Translations under genes and position numbers: made by a program
DNA from: Candidatus Saccharimonadota bacterium
GTDB lineage: Bacteria > Patescibacteriota > Saccharimonadia > Saccharimonadales > SLHW01
DNA length: 64,000 nucleotides
Direction of reading: 5' to 3'
Assembly (NCBI GenBank): GCA_050486305.1
Contig: JBJHDA010000001.1
Span: forward strand, 179,071-243,070
The notes under the pieces: model-generated
Told to the model about the DNA's origin: nothing
Seen by the model: only the letters and a program-made list of their open reading frames with translations
Databases searched by the model: none
In this document: in pieces, positions 1 through 10,165 of the stretch
How positions within the stretch are numbered: position 1 is the first letter of the stretch
Layout of the letters: every line of letters starts with the position of its first letter

Positions 1-748
1 TGCGGTCGAAAAGTGTAATTATAAACTCTGCTCCGCTTGGGTTGTCCCTGTTGTAGTGTGCGCTAATATCGCATTGCTTCACTGACTCGTCAGGTAAAGT
101 GATCCGAACCCTTTCCCAATAGTAAGTACTCGTTACTTTGTTTTTCTGACACTCCTCTATCCATACGCCGAGGGTTTTTTCACTCGGGAATTCCATTCGT
201 ATCGTGTCTTCAAGGGATTTGCCAAATAGCTGACCTGACTCTAGGCCACAGTAAGCGATGCCTGATTCGCTCGCATTCGTGACGTTACGCTGACTATTCA
301 ATACGTACAACGGCAACGGTAAATGATTAACGACGTTGATTGCCTGGATGAGAGAATCGCGTCGATCCTGATCTTCGCTGCTATTTGCGCCTTCTTGGCT
401 CGCAAGCTGGTAGATCTGCAGCGCCATACTGTTAACAAGTTCGTGTCCGGTCCGCACTACCTCAAGGTTTGGCGGTGTTGATTGGTTCTGCTCATGGTTC
501 GGTGCAACGTGTAGAATAGCTTGCGTCAATGCGTTTATCGGTTCAAGGACGGTTCGTGTCAATAGTTCACTGACGACCAGACAAAAACTGATAATACCGG
601 CAAAAACAAGTATGATGCCGATGAATGAATCGATAATATTTTGCTCAAACAATAAATACCACAGAAAAACGGATACGATTCCGACGGAAAGAAGCCCGAT
701 AGTAATTTGGCTGTATACCTGAGCTTTCAGTTTTTTGGAGTGGTCCAT
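1..748 (-). CDS. Membrane-anchored sensor protein, N-terminal part (gene continues beyond left edge); probably a sensor histidine kinase
   Basis: Stop-free frame from ATG (746-748) to the window edge; absent from the ORF track because it is truncated. Hand translation MDHSKKLKAQVYSQITIGLLSVGIVSVFLWYLLFEQNIIDSFIGIILVFAGIISFCLVV... gives two hydrophobic helices, then a linker and a PAS-like soluble region. The kinase core is not in the window. Confidence 0.4.
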   Translation of the reverse strand, partial: MDHSKKLKAQVYSQITIGLLSVGIVSVFLWYLLFEQNIIDSFIGIILVFAGIISFCLVVSELLTRTVLEPINALTQAILHVAPNHEQNQSTPPNLEVVRTGHELVNSMALQIYQLASQEGANSSEDQDRRDSLIQAINVVNHLPLPLYVLNSQRNVTNASESGIAYCGLESGQLFGKSLEDTIRMEFPSEKTLGVWIEECQKNKVTSTYYWERVRITLPDESVKQCDISAHYNRDNPSGAEFIITLFDR

Positions 749-761
749 GCAACCATTATAC

Positions 762-1982
762 TTATGGTTTTACAGAAATCTGATTTTCGTTTGTAGCTAG
801 TGTTATCCAGGTTTGCCCAGGGTTTAATCCGAGAGGAGAACCGTTTTCATCCCCAAAACGTATGTTTTCTTTTTTATTTCGCTTTTCCCAGGTGCCTTTT
901 GTGAGTGTGCCGTCCTGGAATATATACGCGGTTCCGCTGCCAATCGACCGGTATACGGAATATATACCGTCTCGGCTGTGATTTGCGACCATAACAACGA
1001 CAACGTCCGAGGAAATTTGCTTATTTGTTCGTTCATCTACATGAGGCGTACCACCCATAAATCGTTTGTATGTATTCGTTTTGCCATCATAGACAAATCG
1101 CACATTGTAAAGCGGTGATGATATGCGCACCTCCACTTCTTTGGCATCTGGCGAGTCGGATGGCTCGGCATCTTTCCGTGCAAAGCCAGTGTAAGAACTA
1201 CTGTTATAGCCTCGTTTATCATGCACCTTTAGTAGTGAGTTGCGATCGGAGTACATATTGTGTGGAGCGAATCGGGTATTGACGCGTCTATATGCTTCAG
1301 GATTTGCAAACTGGTCTAAATCTTTAACGTTTTCGTTGCGGATTCGGCTAAGGGCATACGGGCTTCCACCCACATGTGCGATCGCTGCATCAAAACCAAG
1401 TACCCAGTCTACATGATTTCTTCTAACAGATCGGATTGGTCCGATATGTTCTGGCTTTTGCTCTTGGTATAGTGCCAGAAAACGAGTAATACTACCTTCA
1501 ACCATTGCCTCAAAGACGACGCCTGCGTCTTGCAGCCCAGATTGCGGCCGAGCATCAGGACTATTTTCGATAACAACAGCAGTAACAGGGAGTTCTGCGA
1601 GCTCAGGCTCTACTTGCATGCCAGTAAGGTTTGATGCGACGGTTGTTGGCTCTGGCTCTGGCTCAGGTTCTGGCTCAACAATAGCTGGCGCTGGCGGTGG
1701 TGGTGCTGGCTTGAGCAAGAAATACAAGCCGCTCGCTGTCCCGACGAGCAGCCCTGCCGCGATTGCAACGATAATAATCTTTTTGTTTTTGCTCGCAGAG
1801 CTCCAGAATTCCCGTATCCACTTAATCGGGTTTCTGGTTCGGGCTTTTTTTGGTTTTGGCGGCACAGAGACAATCGGCTGCACGATATGATTCTCGGGCT
1901 TGTCTGGTTTGGGTGCTGGAGTCAGTTGTGAATGGTTCATGGTTCTATTGCTTCGTTGAGGAGGTTTTATGTCGTCCATCAT
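762..1982 (-). CDS. DUF3048 (YerB-like) domain protein with N-terminal TM anchor and Pro/Glu linker
   Basis: 406-aa ORF. TM helix IIIVAIAAGLLVGTASGLYFLL, linker PPPPAPAIVEPEPEPEPEP, then NSPDARPQSGLQDAGVVFEAMVEGSITRFLALY, which resembles the DUF3048 family. Confidence 0.7.
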   Translation of the reverse strand: MMDDIKPPQRSNRTMNHSQLTPAPKPDKPENHIVQPIVSVPPKPKKARTRNPIKWIREFWSSASKNKKIIIVAIAAGLLVGTASGLYFLLKPAPPPPAPAIVEPEPEPEPEPTTVASNLTGMQVEPELAELPVTAVVIENSPDARPQSGLQDAGVVFEAMVEGSITRFLALYQEQKPEHIGPIRSVRRNHVDWVLGFDAAIAHVGGSPYALSRIRNENVKDLDQFANPEAYRRVNTRFAPHNMYSDRNSLLKVHDKRGYNSSSYTGFARKDAEPSDSPDAKEVEVRISSPLYNVRFVYDGKTNTYKRFMGGTPHVDERTNKQISSDVVVVMVANHSRDGIYSVYRSIGSGTAYIFQDGTLTKGTWEKRNKKENIRFGDENGSPLGLNPGQTWITLATNENQISVKP

Positions 1983-2016
1983 TATTGCTAGCGCCTATTG
2001 TAGCAGAGCCTACGCG

Positions 2017-3459
2017 CTATAAAAGTGCATTTATTTGCGCTTGAATACGCTTGAGGGTCGTTTCTTTTCCTAGTAAAGCCAGTGTTTCAGATAAGCCCGG
2101 CGAGGCAGACGCTTGGGTCGTGGCGATTCGTATAAGACTAAAAAGTACAACAGGCTTTTCTTCTGTGCTTTCCAGTAACTGATTAAGCGCAGCAGTTATC
2201 GTGTCAGTATTGAACGGCTCTGTGTCCGCGAGTGATTGACTGGCTTTGGTGAGCAAGTCGATAAGTTTCTCTGACGGGTAGTTTTTTAGCTTTTTATGAC
2301 TGGAAATCAGGGCTAGGTCGACAGGCCTATCTTTGTAGAAAAAATCGGTTAACTCGGGTATTTCTGAAAGGAATTTCAGGCGTTCTTGGATAACTTTGAG
2401 AACAGCCTTATTATATGATTCATCACGATTCTGAGCAGCCTCAGGCAAATGATTTTTACCGATGTCATACAGTTCGTCCAAGGTGAGGTTGCGAATGAAG
2501 TTACCATTTATCCAGCGAAGTCGCTGCTGGTCAAAAACCGCACCGCCTTTCCCTACTCCGTTCAGCGAGAAAGATCGTATTAACTCATCTTTTGTGAAGA
2601 TTTCTTTTGTTGTGCCATCATTCCAGCCAAGCGTTGCAATGAAGCTCACGAGTGCCTCCGGCAGGAAGCCCTCCCGCAAATAATCAAGAATATCGGTAGC
2701 ACCGTCCCGCTTGCTCAGCTTCTTTTTACCATCAGGGCCAAGAATCGGGGGCATGGTTGCCATAATTGGTGGGGTTATGTCGAGTGCCTCGTATAAATTA
2801 AGATAGTTTGGTACGCTTGCGATAAATTCCTGTCCTCGGATGACGTGACTGATCTTCATTTCATGATCGTCGATAATGTGCGCGAAATTATAGGTAGGAT
2901 AACCATCCGACTTAATAAGAATAAAGTCGTCAATTACTTCCGGTCCGGTTGACAGTTCGCCCATTACTTCATCATGCCAGTTATAGGATTTCGGATTGGA
3001 GGTAAATCGTAACGGTGTATTCCCGTCCCACTCAGGAGGATTGTTCGGGCGGTGGTTACGGTATAGGAATGGTTTTTTTGCCTTTTTAGCATCTTCCCGT
3101 AATTGCTGGATCTCTTCTGGTGTATATGGGTCTGCGTATGCCCTGCCTTGTTGGATAAGCTTCTCGGCCCAATGCATGTAGCGATCTAAACGCTCGCTTT
3201 GACGGTACGGACCAGCCGGACCGCCAATATCTGGACCTTCATCATGCTCAATGCCGAGAGCCTGTAAGCTGGTAATTATATGCTGCTCTGCATCTTCCAC
3301 TTCACGTTTTTTGTCAGTATCTTCAATACGAAGCACAAAAGTGCCGTCATGTTTTCTGGCAACAAGCCAGGCAAATAGAGCTGTTCTTGCAGCGCCTACG
3401 TGCAATAAGCCTGTTGGGCTTGGGGCAAATCGTGTTCTTACCGTATTAGTCTTTGACAT
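2017..3459 (-). CDS. gltX: Glutamyl-tRNA synthetase
   Basis: 480 aa. N-terminus RTRFAPSPTGLLHVGAARTALF (HIGH-type motif), KLSKRDG (KMSKS-type motif), class I GluRS length. Confidence 0.95.
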   Translation of the reverse strand: MSKTNTVRTRFAPSPTGLLHVGAARTALFAWLVARKHDGTFVLRIEDTDKKREVEDAEQHIITSLQALGIEHDEGPDIGGPAGPYRQSERLDRYMHWAEKLIQQGRAYADPYTPEEIQQLREDAKKAKKPFLYRNHRPNNPPEWDGNTPLRFTSNPKSYNWHDEVMGELSTGPEVIDDFILIKSDGYPTYNFAHIIDDHEMKISHVIRGQEFIASVPNYLNLYEALDITPPIMATMPPILGPDGKKKLSKRDGATDILDYLREGFLPEALVSFIATLGWNDGTTKEIFTKDELIRSFSLNGVGKGGAVFDQQRLRWINGNFIRNLTLDELYDIGKNHLPEAAQNRDESYNKAVLKVIQERLKFLSEIPELTDFFYKDRPVDLALISSHKKLKNYPSEKLIDLLTKASQSLADTEPFNTDTITAALNQLLESTEEKPVVLFSLIRIATTQASASPGLSETLALLGKETTLKRIQAQINALL

Positions 3460-3524
3460 TACAATTATCTATATTACTAGGTTAGTGACTGAATGCACAC
3501 ATGTGAGTGCTAGCAGCCAAGTTG

Positions 3525-4586
3525 CTAGAGGCTGTCAACAATCCGCAGAAGCTGATCGCTGCTTAATGAAGAGGCGCCCTCGATGTTGTACCAAATTCCG
3601 CCATCCACCCAGGTCGCATTGCTTCCATTATATATGTAGATAGTCTTGCCTTTGCTTGTTACCGTTTGGTAGAGGCCTTTGTCTTCAACGAAGTTATTTT
3701 TTAGTGCGTCGCTTGTCCAGTCGGTCGATCGCTTTTTTATTTGGAAGTTTCGGTGATCTGTGAGCGATTCATATTGCAGCGCAACGTGTCCAGGGCTGTA
3801 CTCTACCGACCTATTTAGTTGGAATCCAGACGGCTTGTAGGCCGGTATTGAGGCTGCAACCCCCGAGCGATTTGCAGCGAGCTGGACGGATACGACTGGA
3901 GCAAACGCATAGCCAAGAAACGCCAGGCCGCCGAAAACTACCAGTGCGGCAAGAGTATACTTTGTTTTTGCAGAGGCTCCTTGCAGTCGTTCAACACCGC
4001 GCATAATGAAGCCTTTTTTCGGCTCAAAAGCTTCTTCGTGGCCAGTCGCATATTCGAGGGCTCGCTCAGTAATTGAGGTAGGGTTTTCTGTCTTGTGTGT
4101 GTGTTGCTTTTGGCTTGTCGGTTGCGACTGGGTTGGCGCCTTTGTCTTATTTAGAGCAGAGTTATGTGTCGGGTGTAGCTGTTTTTTCGGGCCTGTGGTT
4201 GCATGTGTTGTTTGAAATTTTTTTACGGCAGTGCTTTTAGCGGCCTTAGCTGCTCGTTCAATCCGAGCAAAATTTGTGCTCGGTCGTGGCTGGAGTAAAT
4301 CCTTTTTTTTAGGTGTTTCTTGGGAAAGGTTCGGCTTTGATACGGCGGACCGCATCAGTGTTTTTGATTTTTCCAGTGGTTTTTTTGGTCTAGTTTGCGC
4401 TTGGCGGTTTGTGATCGATGATTTTTTATAATGAAAGTCCATACTCGAATATGCTTTATTCTGACTCTCTTGGCTAGGCTTTCTAGGTGACGATTGGCTC
4501 GTTTCACTGGGCTGCTTCATTGAGATAAGCTTGCCAGTTCTGACATCATAGGTATTGCCATTAAGCTCAATTATATTTTTTGTCAT
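3525..4586 (-). CDS. Hypothetical single-pass membrane protein; low-complexity N-half, C-terminal globular domain (DUF4367-like by eye)
   Basis: 353-aa ORF. Lys/Ser/Thr/Pro/Gln-rich N-half, TM helix YTLAALVVFGGLAFLGYAFAPVV, C-terminus ...TWVDGGIWYNIEGASSLSSDQLLRIVDSL. Confidence 0.5.
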   Translation of the reverse strand: MTKNIIELNGNTYDVRTGKLISMKQPSETSQSSPRKPSQESQNKAYSSMDFHYKKSSITNRQAQTRPKKPLEKSKTLMRSAVSKPNLSQETPKKKDLLQPRPSTNFARIERAAKAAKSTAVKKFQTTHATTGPKKQLHPTHNSALNKTKAPTQSQPTSQKQHTHKTENPTSITERALEYATGHEEAFEPKKGFIMRGVERLQGASAKTKYTLAALVVFGGLAFLGYAFAPVVSVQLAANRSGVAASIPAYKPSGFQLNRSVEYSPGHVALQYESLTDHRNFQIKKRSTDWTSDALKNNFVEDKGLYQTVTSKGKTIYIYNGSNATWVDGGIWYNIEGASSLSSDQLLRIVDSL

Positions 4587-4710
4587 TTTATTTCTTCACA
4601 ATCTCCTGGCCATGCTTGGGATAGCTTAATCACTATCTTATCGTTTATTTGCAAATGTAACAAGATATTTGAAATAAGATTATTCAACAGCGTATACTTA
4701 CCATGCACCT

Positions 4711-6213
4711 ATGGATTATTTAGACCCGGATAAAAAACGTAAACACACCTATCGTTTGTTCATTGGCTATGCGCTGATGGCTGTTGTTATTGGTCTGGGT
4801 ACAATTATTCTCGCGCTGATGGCGTATGGATACACATTTGATCGGTCACAGCGCACCGTTATACAAAACGGTTTGCTGTTCGTAGATATGGGGCCGGTGA
4901 ATGCAGACGTATATATTAATGGCGATTTGCGGGGTCGCGGAAACCAGCGGCTCGTTCTGCCAGCGGATAATTACACGATCGAAATTAGGGAGGAAGGTTA
5001 CCGCACATGGCAAAAAGACATTCGTTTAGCCGGTGGTACGGTCGAGAGGTTTACGTACCCGGTACTGTTTCCGAATGAGCTTAGCCGGTCCACCTACCGT
5101 ACGTTCAAGAGTGAGCCTCAGCTGATTACGACAAGTCCGGATAGGCGATGGATGCTTATACAGGAGTCTCGGGAAATTGATGCATTTGTCTTATATGATT
5201 TACGGCAACAGATAAATCTGCCTACATTCTTTTCGCTGCCATCCGGGGTTATGAGCAGTGATGCTGAGGATAGCACACTCGAGCTTGTTGAATGGTCGAA
5301 CGACAACGAGCATCTGATACTCCGGCACTCTTTTAGGGGTGGACAGGAGTATATCTTGCTAAATCATAACGAGCCAAATACCAGCCAAAATCTTTCAACA
5401 CGATTCTCTGATATTCCGTTTACGAATATCTCACTCATAGACAAAGAGCCTGACGCCTACCACTTATTTAACAGCAATACAGGGGACCTGATACAGGCCG
5501 AACTTGCCGAGGAAGAAACAGAACTCATTCTTGAGGACGTGCTCACGTATCGCTCGCACGGATCGGATAGGATTTTGTATGTATCAAGTGTTCCATTGCC
5601 GACGGAGGAAAACAATGATGCTCGTTACGGCATTTACCTGTATGAAGATGAAGATTCCTACCAGATTACTTCCCTGCCCGCCGGCGAAAGCTCCGATTAC
5701 TTACTTGACCTTGCCCGCTTTAGCGGTTCTTGGTATGTCGTAGTCGGCAATGCAACTGAGGGTCGTTCGATTATTTATAAGGATCCGCTTGAGGCGCTAA
5801 ATCGTAACGGCCAGAGAGCACTTCTACCACTTTTTACATTACGTACAGCCTCGAACCCGGAACGTGTGGCATTTTCTGCCAACGCTCGAAATATAAAAAT
5901 GCAAGCTGGACATGAAATTGCGGTGTTTGATCTGGAGCGGGAGCGTTCTTATCGGTATTCACTAGAGAACGAAGACGTATCTCCAGCCAGCTGGATGGAC
6001 GGACATCGGATAACTGCTGTGCTCGGTAATGTACTTTCGGTTACTGATTTTGATGGAGAAAATCGCCATGAACTTATCCCGTGCAGAGATGAGCACCCGC
6101 CGTTGTTTGATCCTAACTACGAGTACTTGTACTGTGTGGCGCCTTCAAGCGATGGGGACGGTTACGGAGCCCTTATTCGCGCAGCTTTGACAGCAGCGGA
6201 TCAGGATGATTAA
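4711..6213 (+). CDS. PEGA domain-containing membrane-anchored protein
   Basis: 500 aa. N-terminal TM (LFIGYALMAVVIGLGTIILALMAY), then DVYINGDLRGRGNQRLVLPADNYTIEIREEGYRTWQKDIRL, a PEGA-type beta-sandwich pattern, followed by a long C-terminal beta-rich region. Confidence 0.65.
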   Translation: MDYLDPDKKRKHTYRLFIGYALMAVVIGLGTIILALMAYGYTFDRSQRTVIQNGLLFVDMGPVNADVYINGDLRGRGNQRLVLPADNYTIEIREEGYRTWQKDIRLAGGTVERFTYPVLFPNELSRSTYRTFKSEPQLITTSPDRRWMLIQESREIDAFVLYDLRQQINLPTFFSLPSGVMSSDAEDSTLELVEWSNDNEHLILRHSFRGGQEYILLNHNEPNTSQNLSTRFSDIPFTNISLIDKEPDAYHLFNSNTGDLIQAELAEEETELILEDVLTYRSHGSDRILYVSSVPLPTEENNDARYGIYLYEDEDSYQITSLPAGESSDYLLDLARFSGSWYVVVGNATEGRSIIYKDPLEALNRNGQRALLPLFTLRTASNPERVAFSANARNIKMQAGHEIAVFDLERERSYRYSLENEDVSPASWMDGHRITAVLGNVLSVTDFDGENRHELIPCRDEHPPLFDPNYEYLYCVAPSSDGDGYGALIRAALTAADQDD

Positions 6214-6271
6214 GGTCATCAGCTAGAGATCGGATTTGTCCTTAAGATATTCTCTTAGGATTAGTGCTAGA

Positions 6272-7516
6272 CTATCGTCGGCCAGTAAGTCGCTGCCAGA
6301 GCGTAGGTGCATCACTCGGAAGCTCATTCGGCTGGTTGGCCTCATCGGCATCTATCGCTGAACTTTCGCTGTTTTCAGCTGGATCTGGGCTTATCTGTTC
6401 CCCGTAAACAGCCAAACGATTAATTGATGTGCCTGGAGGGTCGCAGGTTATCAATGTAGCAATAGATTCTTTTTCGGGGTGTGAGTCAAGTACGCTGAAG
6501 TCATTCGGCGGGACAACCTCCTTATCAAACACCCGATAAACGTATCTTGTGCCGTCTTTTTCTAGCATAAATGTATCCCCAGGCTCAAGCTGGTTCAATA
6601 GCACAAAAGCAAACTTATAATTGCCTCTGTTTAGTATATTGTTGCTCGAGTGTCCAAAGAAGACGCTGTTCCCGACCTCACCTGGTTCGGGCGTTATCGG
6701 ATAGTGTAATACGCCGTCTTCAAGCGCGTCCTGTACGTCGTCTTCGGCGATCGAATCTGTTCCATAAACAACTGGTATTTCGAGGTTGATTTTGGGAATA
6801 ATTATCTTTGGCTCTTCGCTGACTGGTCCGTTTTCGTCGAGAATAAGAGGTGTTGAGCTCAAAACGGTGCTAGGAGTAATAAATGGCGCAATAAACCGTT
6901 CGTTAAAAAAGCCGAACGCAGCAATTATTATCACGAGACTTCCCATGCCGAGCCCAAAAAGAAGTGACTTCAGGTGTCCATGCTGCTTTTTAGTATTGCT
7001 GGATATTTTATTTAGCAACGATTGCTTGATGTCTGTGATTGATCTGTCGTCGCTGTCGGGTATTTGTTCGTTCTGGTGCAGCTGTCTGGCTTGCGCTGGC
7101 TGCTTGTCGCCCTCTTTAAATGCGCTGCTTTCAAGCGTATCAGGAGTTGATTTGTCTGGATGATAGGCTTTTGATCGATTGTGTTGCTCATAGAACTCCT
7201 GCCACACCTCGTGTTTTTCATTATCCGGTAAACTTTGATAGTAATCGTGCCAGGCAACTTGGATTTCTGCTAATGATTTTCCTGATACGCTTAACTCGTG
7301 CATATAGGCCTGGTGTTTAGATCGCTGTTTTTTTGGCGTACTGTCCGCTAGATGTTTTTCCTCTGATGCAGCTGGCTCGCTTTCGTAAAGTCCTGATATT
7401 TTCTGCCGAATCAAATCTGCAGCAGAAGTACTCCCTTCTTTGTCTCCAAGGGGTTCAATCCGGTGTGTTTTTTTAACCGGTAGATCGTATTGGTTCTCGT
7501 CATCTGGATATGGCAT
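6272..7516 (-). CDS. Sortase family transpeptidase with long N-terminal cytoplasmic extension
   Basis: 414 aa. About 190-aa polar N-terminus, TM (LLFGLGMGSLVIIIAAFGFF), then a sortase core with VFFGHSSN (catalytic His) and TLITCDPPG (catalytic Cys). Confidence 0.75.
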   Translation of the reverse strand: MPYPDDENQYDLPVKKTHRIEPLGDKEGSTSAADLIRQKISGLYESEPAASEEKHLADSTPKKQRSKHQAYMHELSVSGKSLAEIQVAWHDYYQSLPDNEKHEVWQEFYEQHNRSKAYHPDKSTPDTLESSAFKEGDKQPAQARQLHQNEQIPDSDDRSITDIKQSLLNKISSNTKKQHGHLKSLLFGLGMGSLVIIIAAFGFFNERFIAPFITPSTVLSSTPLILDENGPVSEEPKIIIPKINLEIPVVYGTDSIAEDDVQDALEDGVLHYPITPEPGEVGNSVFFGHSSNNILNRGNYKFAFVLLNQLEPGDTFMLEKDGTRYVYRVFDKEVVPPNDFSVLDSHPEKESIATLITCDPPGTSINRLAVYGEQISPDPAENSESSAIDADEANQPNELPSDAPTLWQRLTGRR

Positions 7517-7616
7517 ATTCTAATGTAAGTATAGTACAATGTCCGATGCGTTAGTACTGTACATCTGTATACGATATAATATAATTATTGTATCGTCAAT
7601 AGTTGCATTCGCTTTG

Positions 7617-7701
7617 GCCGGAGTGGCGGAACTGGTAGACGCGCACGACTCAAAATCGTGTGGGGCAACCCGTGAGAGTTCGAGTCTCTCCTCCGGCACC
7701 A
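7617..7701 (+). tRNA. tRNA-Leu (anticodon CAA), CCA encoded
   Basis: Hand-folded cloverleaf: acceptor GCCGGAG/CTCCGGC, anticodon stem CACGA/TCGTG with loop CT-CAA-AA, long variable arm, T-arm GAGAG-TTCGAGT-CTCTC, 3' ACCA. Confidence 0.95.
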
Positions 7702-7711
7702 TCCTCTGTCG

Positions 7712-7746
7712 CCTCCAATTTGGTTGGCTATGGAGGATTTTTTATT
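7712..7746 (+). terminator. Rho-independent terminator after tRNA-Leu
   Basis: Stem CCTCCA...TGGAGG followed by ATTTTTTATT. Confidence 0.55.
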
Positions 7747-8001
7747 GTCCAAGAGAGAAATAGCAGAGCTTGGTATACATCCAATCCTTATCTGTTAAAC
7801 AACAAGAAACCAGCATTTTCAAAGTAACTTAGTGTTTGACGTGTGCAGTTGTTGTTGCGGGTATTGAGAGACTGCCCAGAAAATTAAATGTACGATAGCT
7901 TGGGGTTCGCTACCTTTATCAAGGTAAACACTGAATTTGTGGCTGGGCAGTTAAAAATGCTACTCACATATTGGCAAAAATTAACCGCCCGCTGCTTTTA
8001 C

Positions 8002-8799
8002 TTAATGGACTGCTTCATATACAGCGGTGGTTAATGATTCCAGTTTTTTCTGCGGTTGCTGAGCCAACCAAACAGCTGCCTTACTCGCGATTTGAAGCTG
8101 CCACAGCTCCTCTCGCCACTCTGCATTCGTAACACTGACTTGACCATCAAATGCAACAAAGAACGCATCATGGTGCCGGGTAATGATAGCCAGGTTTCCG
8201 CCAATACTGATATCTTTCAATGCGTGAGCCAGTTGTGGCAACGACATCTCGTACGTGATAAGAGGCTGTCGGGAAGAGTTGCGGATGAATTTCTGGAGCT
8301 GTGACAAGCTGGCCACCAATGTCAATTGAGAAATATTTTCAATCATGCTGGGCGTAGAAACAACGTAGTCTACCGCATCTTTAGTTAGCAGAGTCTCCTT
8401 ATCCTTTTTGGCAAGAAATGCCTCGATTAAAATAGCCGTTTCACTGTTTCTGCCAAAGTCACCAGCGAGTAAGGTGGCGTCTGCCCACTGGCTTGCATCA
8501 AGCAGGTCAGCCAGCGCTCGTTTACTTAGGCTTCCGCTTGGAGTGCTTGGTGCATAGGTGCCGTGTTCAATAATTTTTCCGGCGATTGACTTTAGAGCAT
8601 CCGGCAAGAGCACATTTGCAGTACCAATGCCGACTTTTTCTGCATATGTAAAAGCTTGAACAGGAGCACTGATGCCGTTGGCGTTTCCTCCGACAATCAG
8701 GAGCTTTCCAGCTGAACGTTTTCCTTCAGGCTTGCTCCATAAAAGCTCCGGAAAAGCTGGCTTAGTGGGAGTTTGACTGGTGTAATCTGTAGCTGCCAT
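8002..8799 (-). CDS. YjeF-C/carbohydrate-kinase-like protein (possible NAD(P)H-hydrate dehydratase)
   Basis: 265 aa. GKLLIVGGNANGISAPVQAFTYAEKVGIG resembles the N-terminal nucleotide-binding strand of YjeF_C proteins; the rest is divergent. Confidence 0.4.
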   Translation of the reverse strand: MAATDYTSQTPTKPAFPELLWSKPEGKRSAGKLLIVGGNANGISAPVQAFTYAEKVGIGTANVLLPDALKSIAGKIIEHGTYAPSTPSGSLSKRALADLLDASQWADATLLAGDFGRNSETAILIEAFLAKKDKETLLTKDAVDYVVSTPSMIENISQLTLVASLSQLQKFIRNSSRQPLITYEMSLPQLAHALKDISIGGNLAIITRHHDAFFVAFDGQVSVTNAEWREELWQLQIASKAAVWLAQQPQKKLESLTTAVYEAVH

Positions 8800-9538
8800 T
8801 CTGCTGCCTCATTTCATAAATCATGTTTTTTCGCTCTATTACGATGTTCCAGCCATTTTTTTCTGCTACTTTGAAGAGGTTGCTCTCCGGGTTGAAAGCG
8901 ATAGGTCGATCTACCATTTGCAGCATTTCGATATCACCGCTGGAGTCGCCTACTCCAACGCTTTCCTTAATTGAAAGCTTTTTATCGTCAATAATCTTCC
9001 GAAGGAACTTGTCTTTCCCCTTGTACGTTTTTCTCACATGACCTGTGAAATATTCAGTGCCGCGCTCGTAGTGTTGGCCAACCCAATGGTCAAACCCATA
9101 ATGTTCGGCAAACGGCTCCAATAACTCCGTCTGTGATCCGGATATAGCTATAAGATAGTAACCTTGCTTCTTAAGCTCATTTACTAAGTTTCTGGTATAG
9201 ACGTAGACGTTGTCTTTGTGTTCGGCGATAACTTTTTCGGCAGCTCGCTCAAAGTCGGAAATTTTTAGATTCGGCAACTCTTCGTCAAATATTTCTGCCA
9301 TCGACTGCTCAAACTCGGCGAAGGCTCGTCCGTGTGCACGACGTTGCCAAGCAGTCTCCTTCTCAGCAAGCTGTTCATGAAGCCGCTTTGGCAATGCGTT
9401 CATACGGATGAGCTCGAAAAATACCTCGCGGTACAGCCCGCTCCGAAATAATGTACCGTCAATATCGAACACTGCAAAACGCTCACCCAACGTGGCCGCG
9501 CGTTGTCTAGGGGGAGGGTTGTCGTTTGAATGATTCAT
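8762..9538 (-). CDS. HAD-IB superfamily hydrolase (phosphoserine-phosphatase-like)
   Basis: 258 aa. Motif I FAVFDIDGTLF, motif IV GVGDSSGDIEML, with a cap insertion between them. Confidence 0.75.
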   Translation of the reverse strand: MNHSNDNPPPRQRAATLGERFAVFDIDGTLFRSGLYREVFFELIRMNALPKRLHEQLAEKETAWQRRAHGRAFAEFEQSMAEIFDEELPNLKISDFERAAEKVIAEHKDNVYVYTRNLVNELKKQGYYLIAISGSQTELLEPFAEHYGFDHWVGQHYERGTEYFTGHVRKTYKGKDKFLRKIIDDKKLSIKESVGVGDSSGDIEMLQMVDRPIAFNPESNLFKVAEKNGWNIVIERKNMIYEMRQQNGSYRLHQSNSH

Positions 9539-9580
9539 GCTTCTCGCACCTTTTCTGGACAGAAATGTATATGTATTGTA

Positions 9581-10159
9581 TCACTTATCAATGCCGTGAC
9601 GATCGATATAGTTTTTCGTGCCTAGTGTAATAAGTATGCCAAATGCAATGCCAGTAACCGCTTGTGAATGAGAGAGGAGTGAAGCGTACTCATGAATAGA
9701 AAGCATCGCGAACAGGGAGCCAAGAACGACTACAAACAACAGGACAACACCGATTAGTGAGCGGACAAGATCATTAACGAGCCATGCCGTCATAACATTC
9801 AAGTACACGAAAAAAGCCATACCTATTTGCCGATGCAGCGTATTTAAAAAATCGTTTAATTGATATGGGTATGTGCTCAGGAGTACGATAATGTAACCAG
9901 CACTAAGACCATAGAATAAAAATTTCAAAACACTTGCATAAATATCAGTCTGCTTGATGTGTCGACCAACATTCCAGGTTGTTGCTGCAGCAGCGGTGAA
10001 ACCAAGTGTGTAGAGAAGAGTCGTTTCGCTATATACTCCGTAATTGCTAAATCCGCCTGGCCCCCGATGCACGTCCGGAAGTATGAGTACACACAACAGC
10101 AGTAAAAATACGAAGCTGACTTGGCCGATTGCTACCGATAGGATGGCGTTAGGTTTCAC
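9581..10159 (-). CDS. Polytopic membrane protein, unknown function
   Basis: 192-aa ORF with about 6 hydrophobic helices, lying between two HAD-IB paralogs on the same strand. Confidence 0.55.
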   Translation of the reverse strand: MKPNAILSVAIGQVSFVFLLLLCVLILPDVHRGPGGFSNYGVYSETTLLYTLGFTAAAATTWNVGRHIKQTDIYASVLKFLFYGLSAGYIIVLLSTYPYQLNDFLNTLHRQIGMAFFVYLNVMTAWLVNDLVRSLIGVVLLFVVVLGSLFAMLSIHEYASLLSHSQAVTGIAFGILITLGTKNYIDRHGIDK

Positions 10160-10165
10160 CGATCG

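Noticed and set aside
1640-1690. Tandem GAGCCA/GAACCT hexamer-like repeat.
   Set aside because: It simply encodes the (EP)n linker of the DUF3048 protein on the minus strand and is not an independent repeat element.
824-1890. Nested or antisense ORFs inside the DUF3048 gene (824..1036, 1037..1222, 1070..1282, 1610..1873, 1618..1890). The same kind of shadow ORF occurs inside most long genes in the track, e.g. 13510..14064, 37298..37987, 42136..43298 and 56020..56657.
   Set aside because: They lie wholly within, or antisense to, longer ORFs that have clear family motifs. Their translations are low-complexity or Cys/Arg/Ser-rich in the way typical of out-of-frame readings.
7520-7763. ORFs 7520..7702 (-) and 7539..7763 (+).
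   Set aside because: Both run across the tRNA-Leu gene and its terminator. No independent coding evidence.
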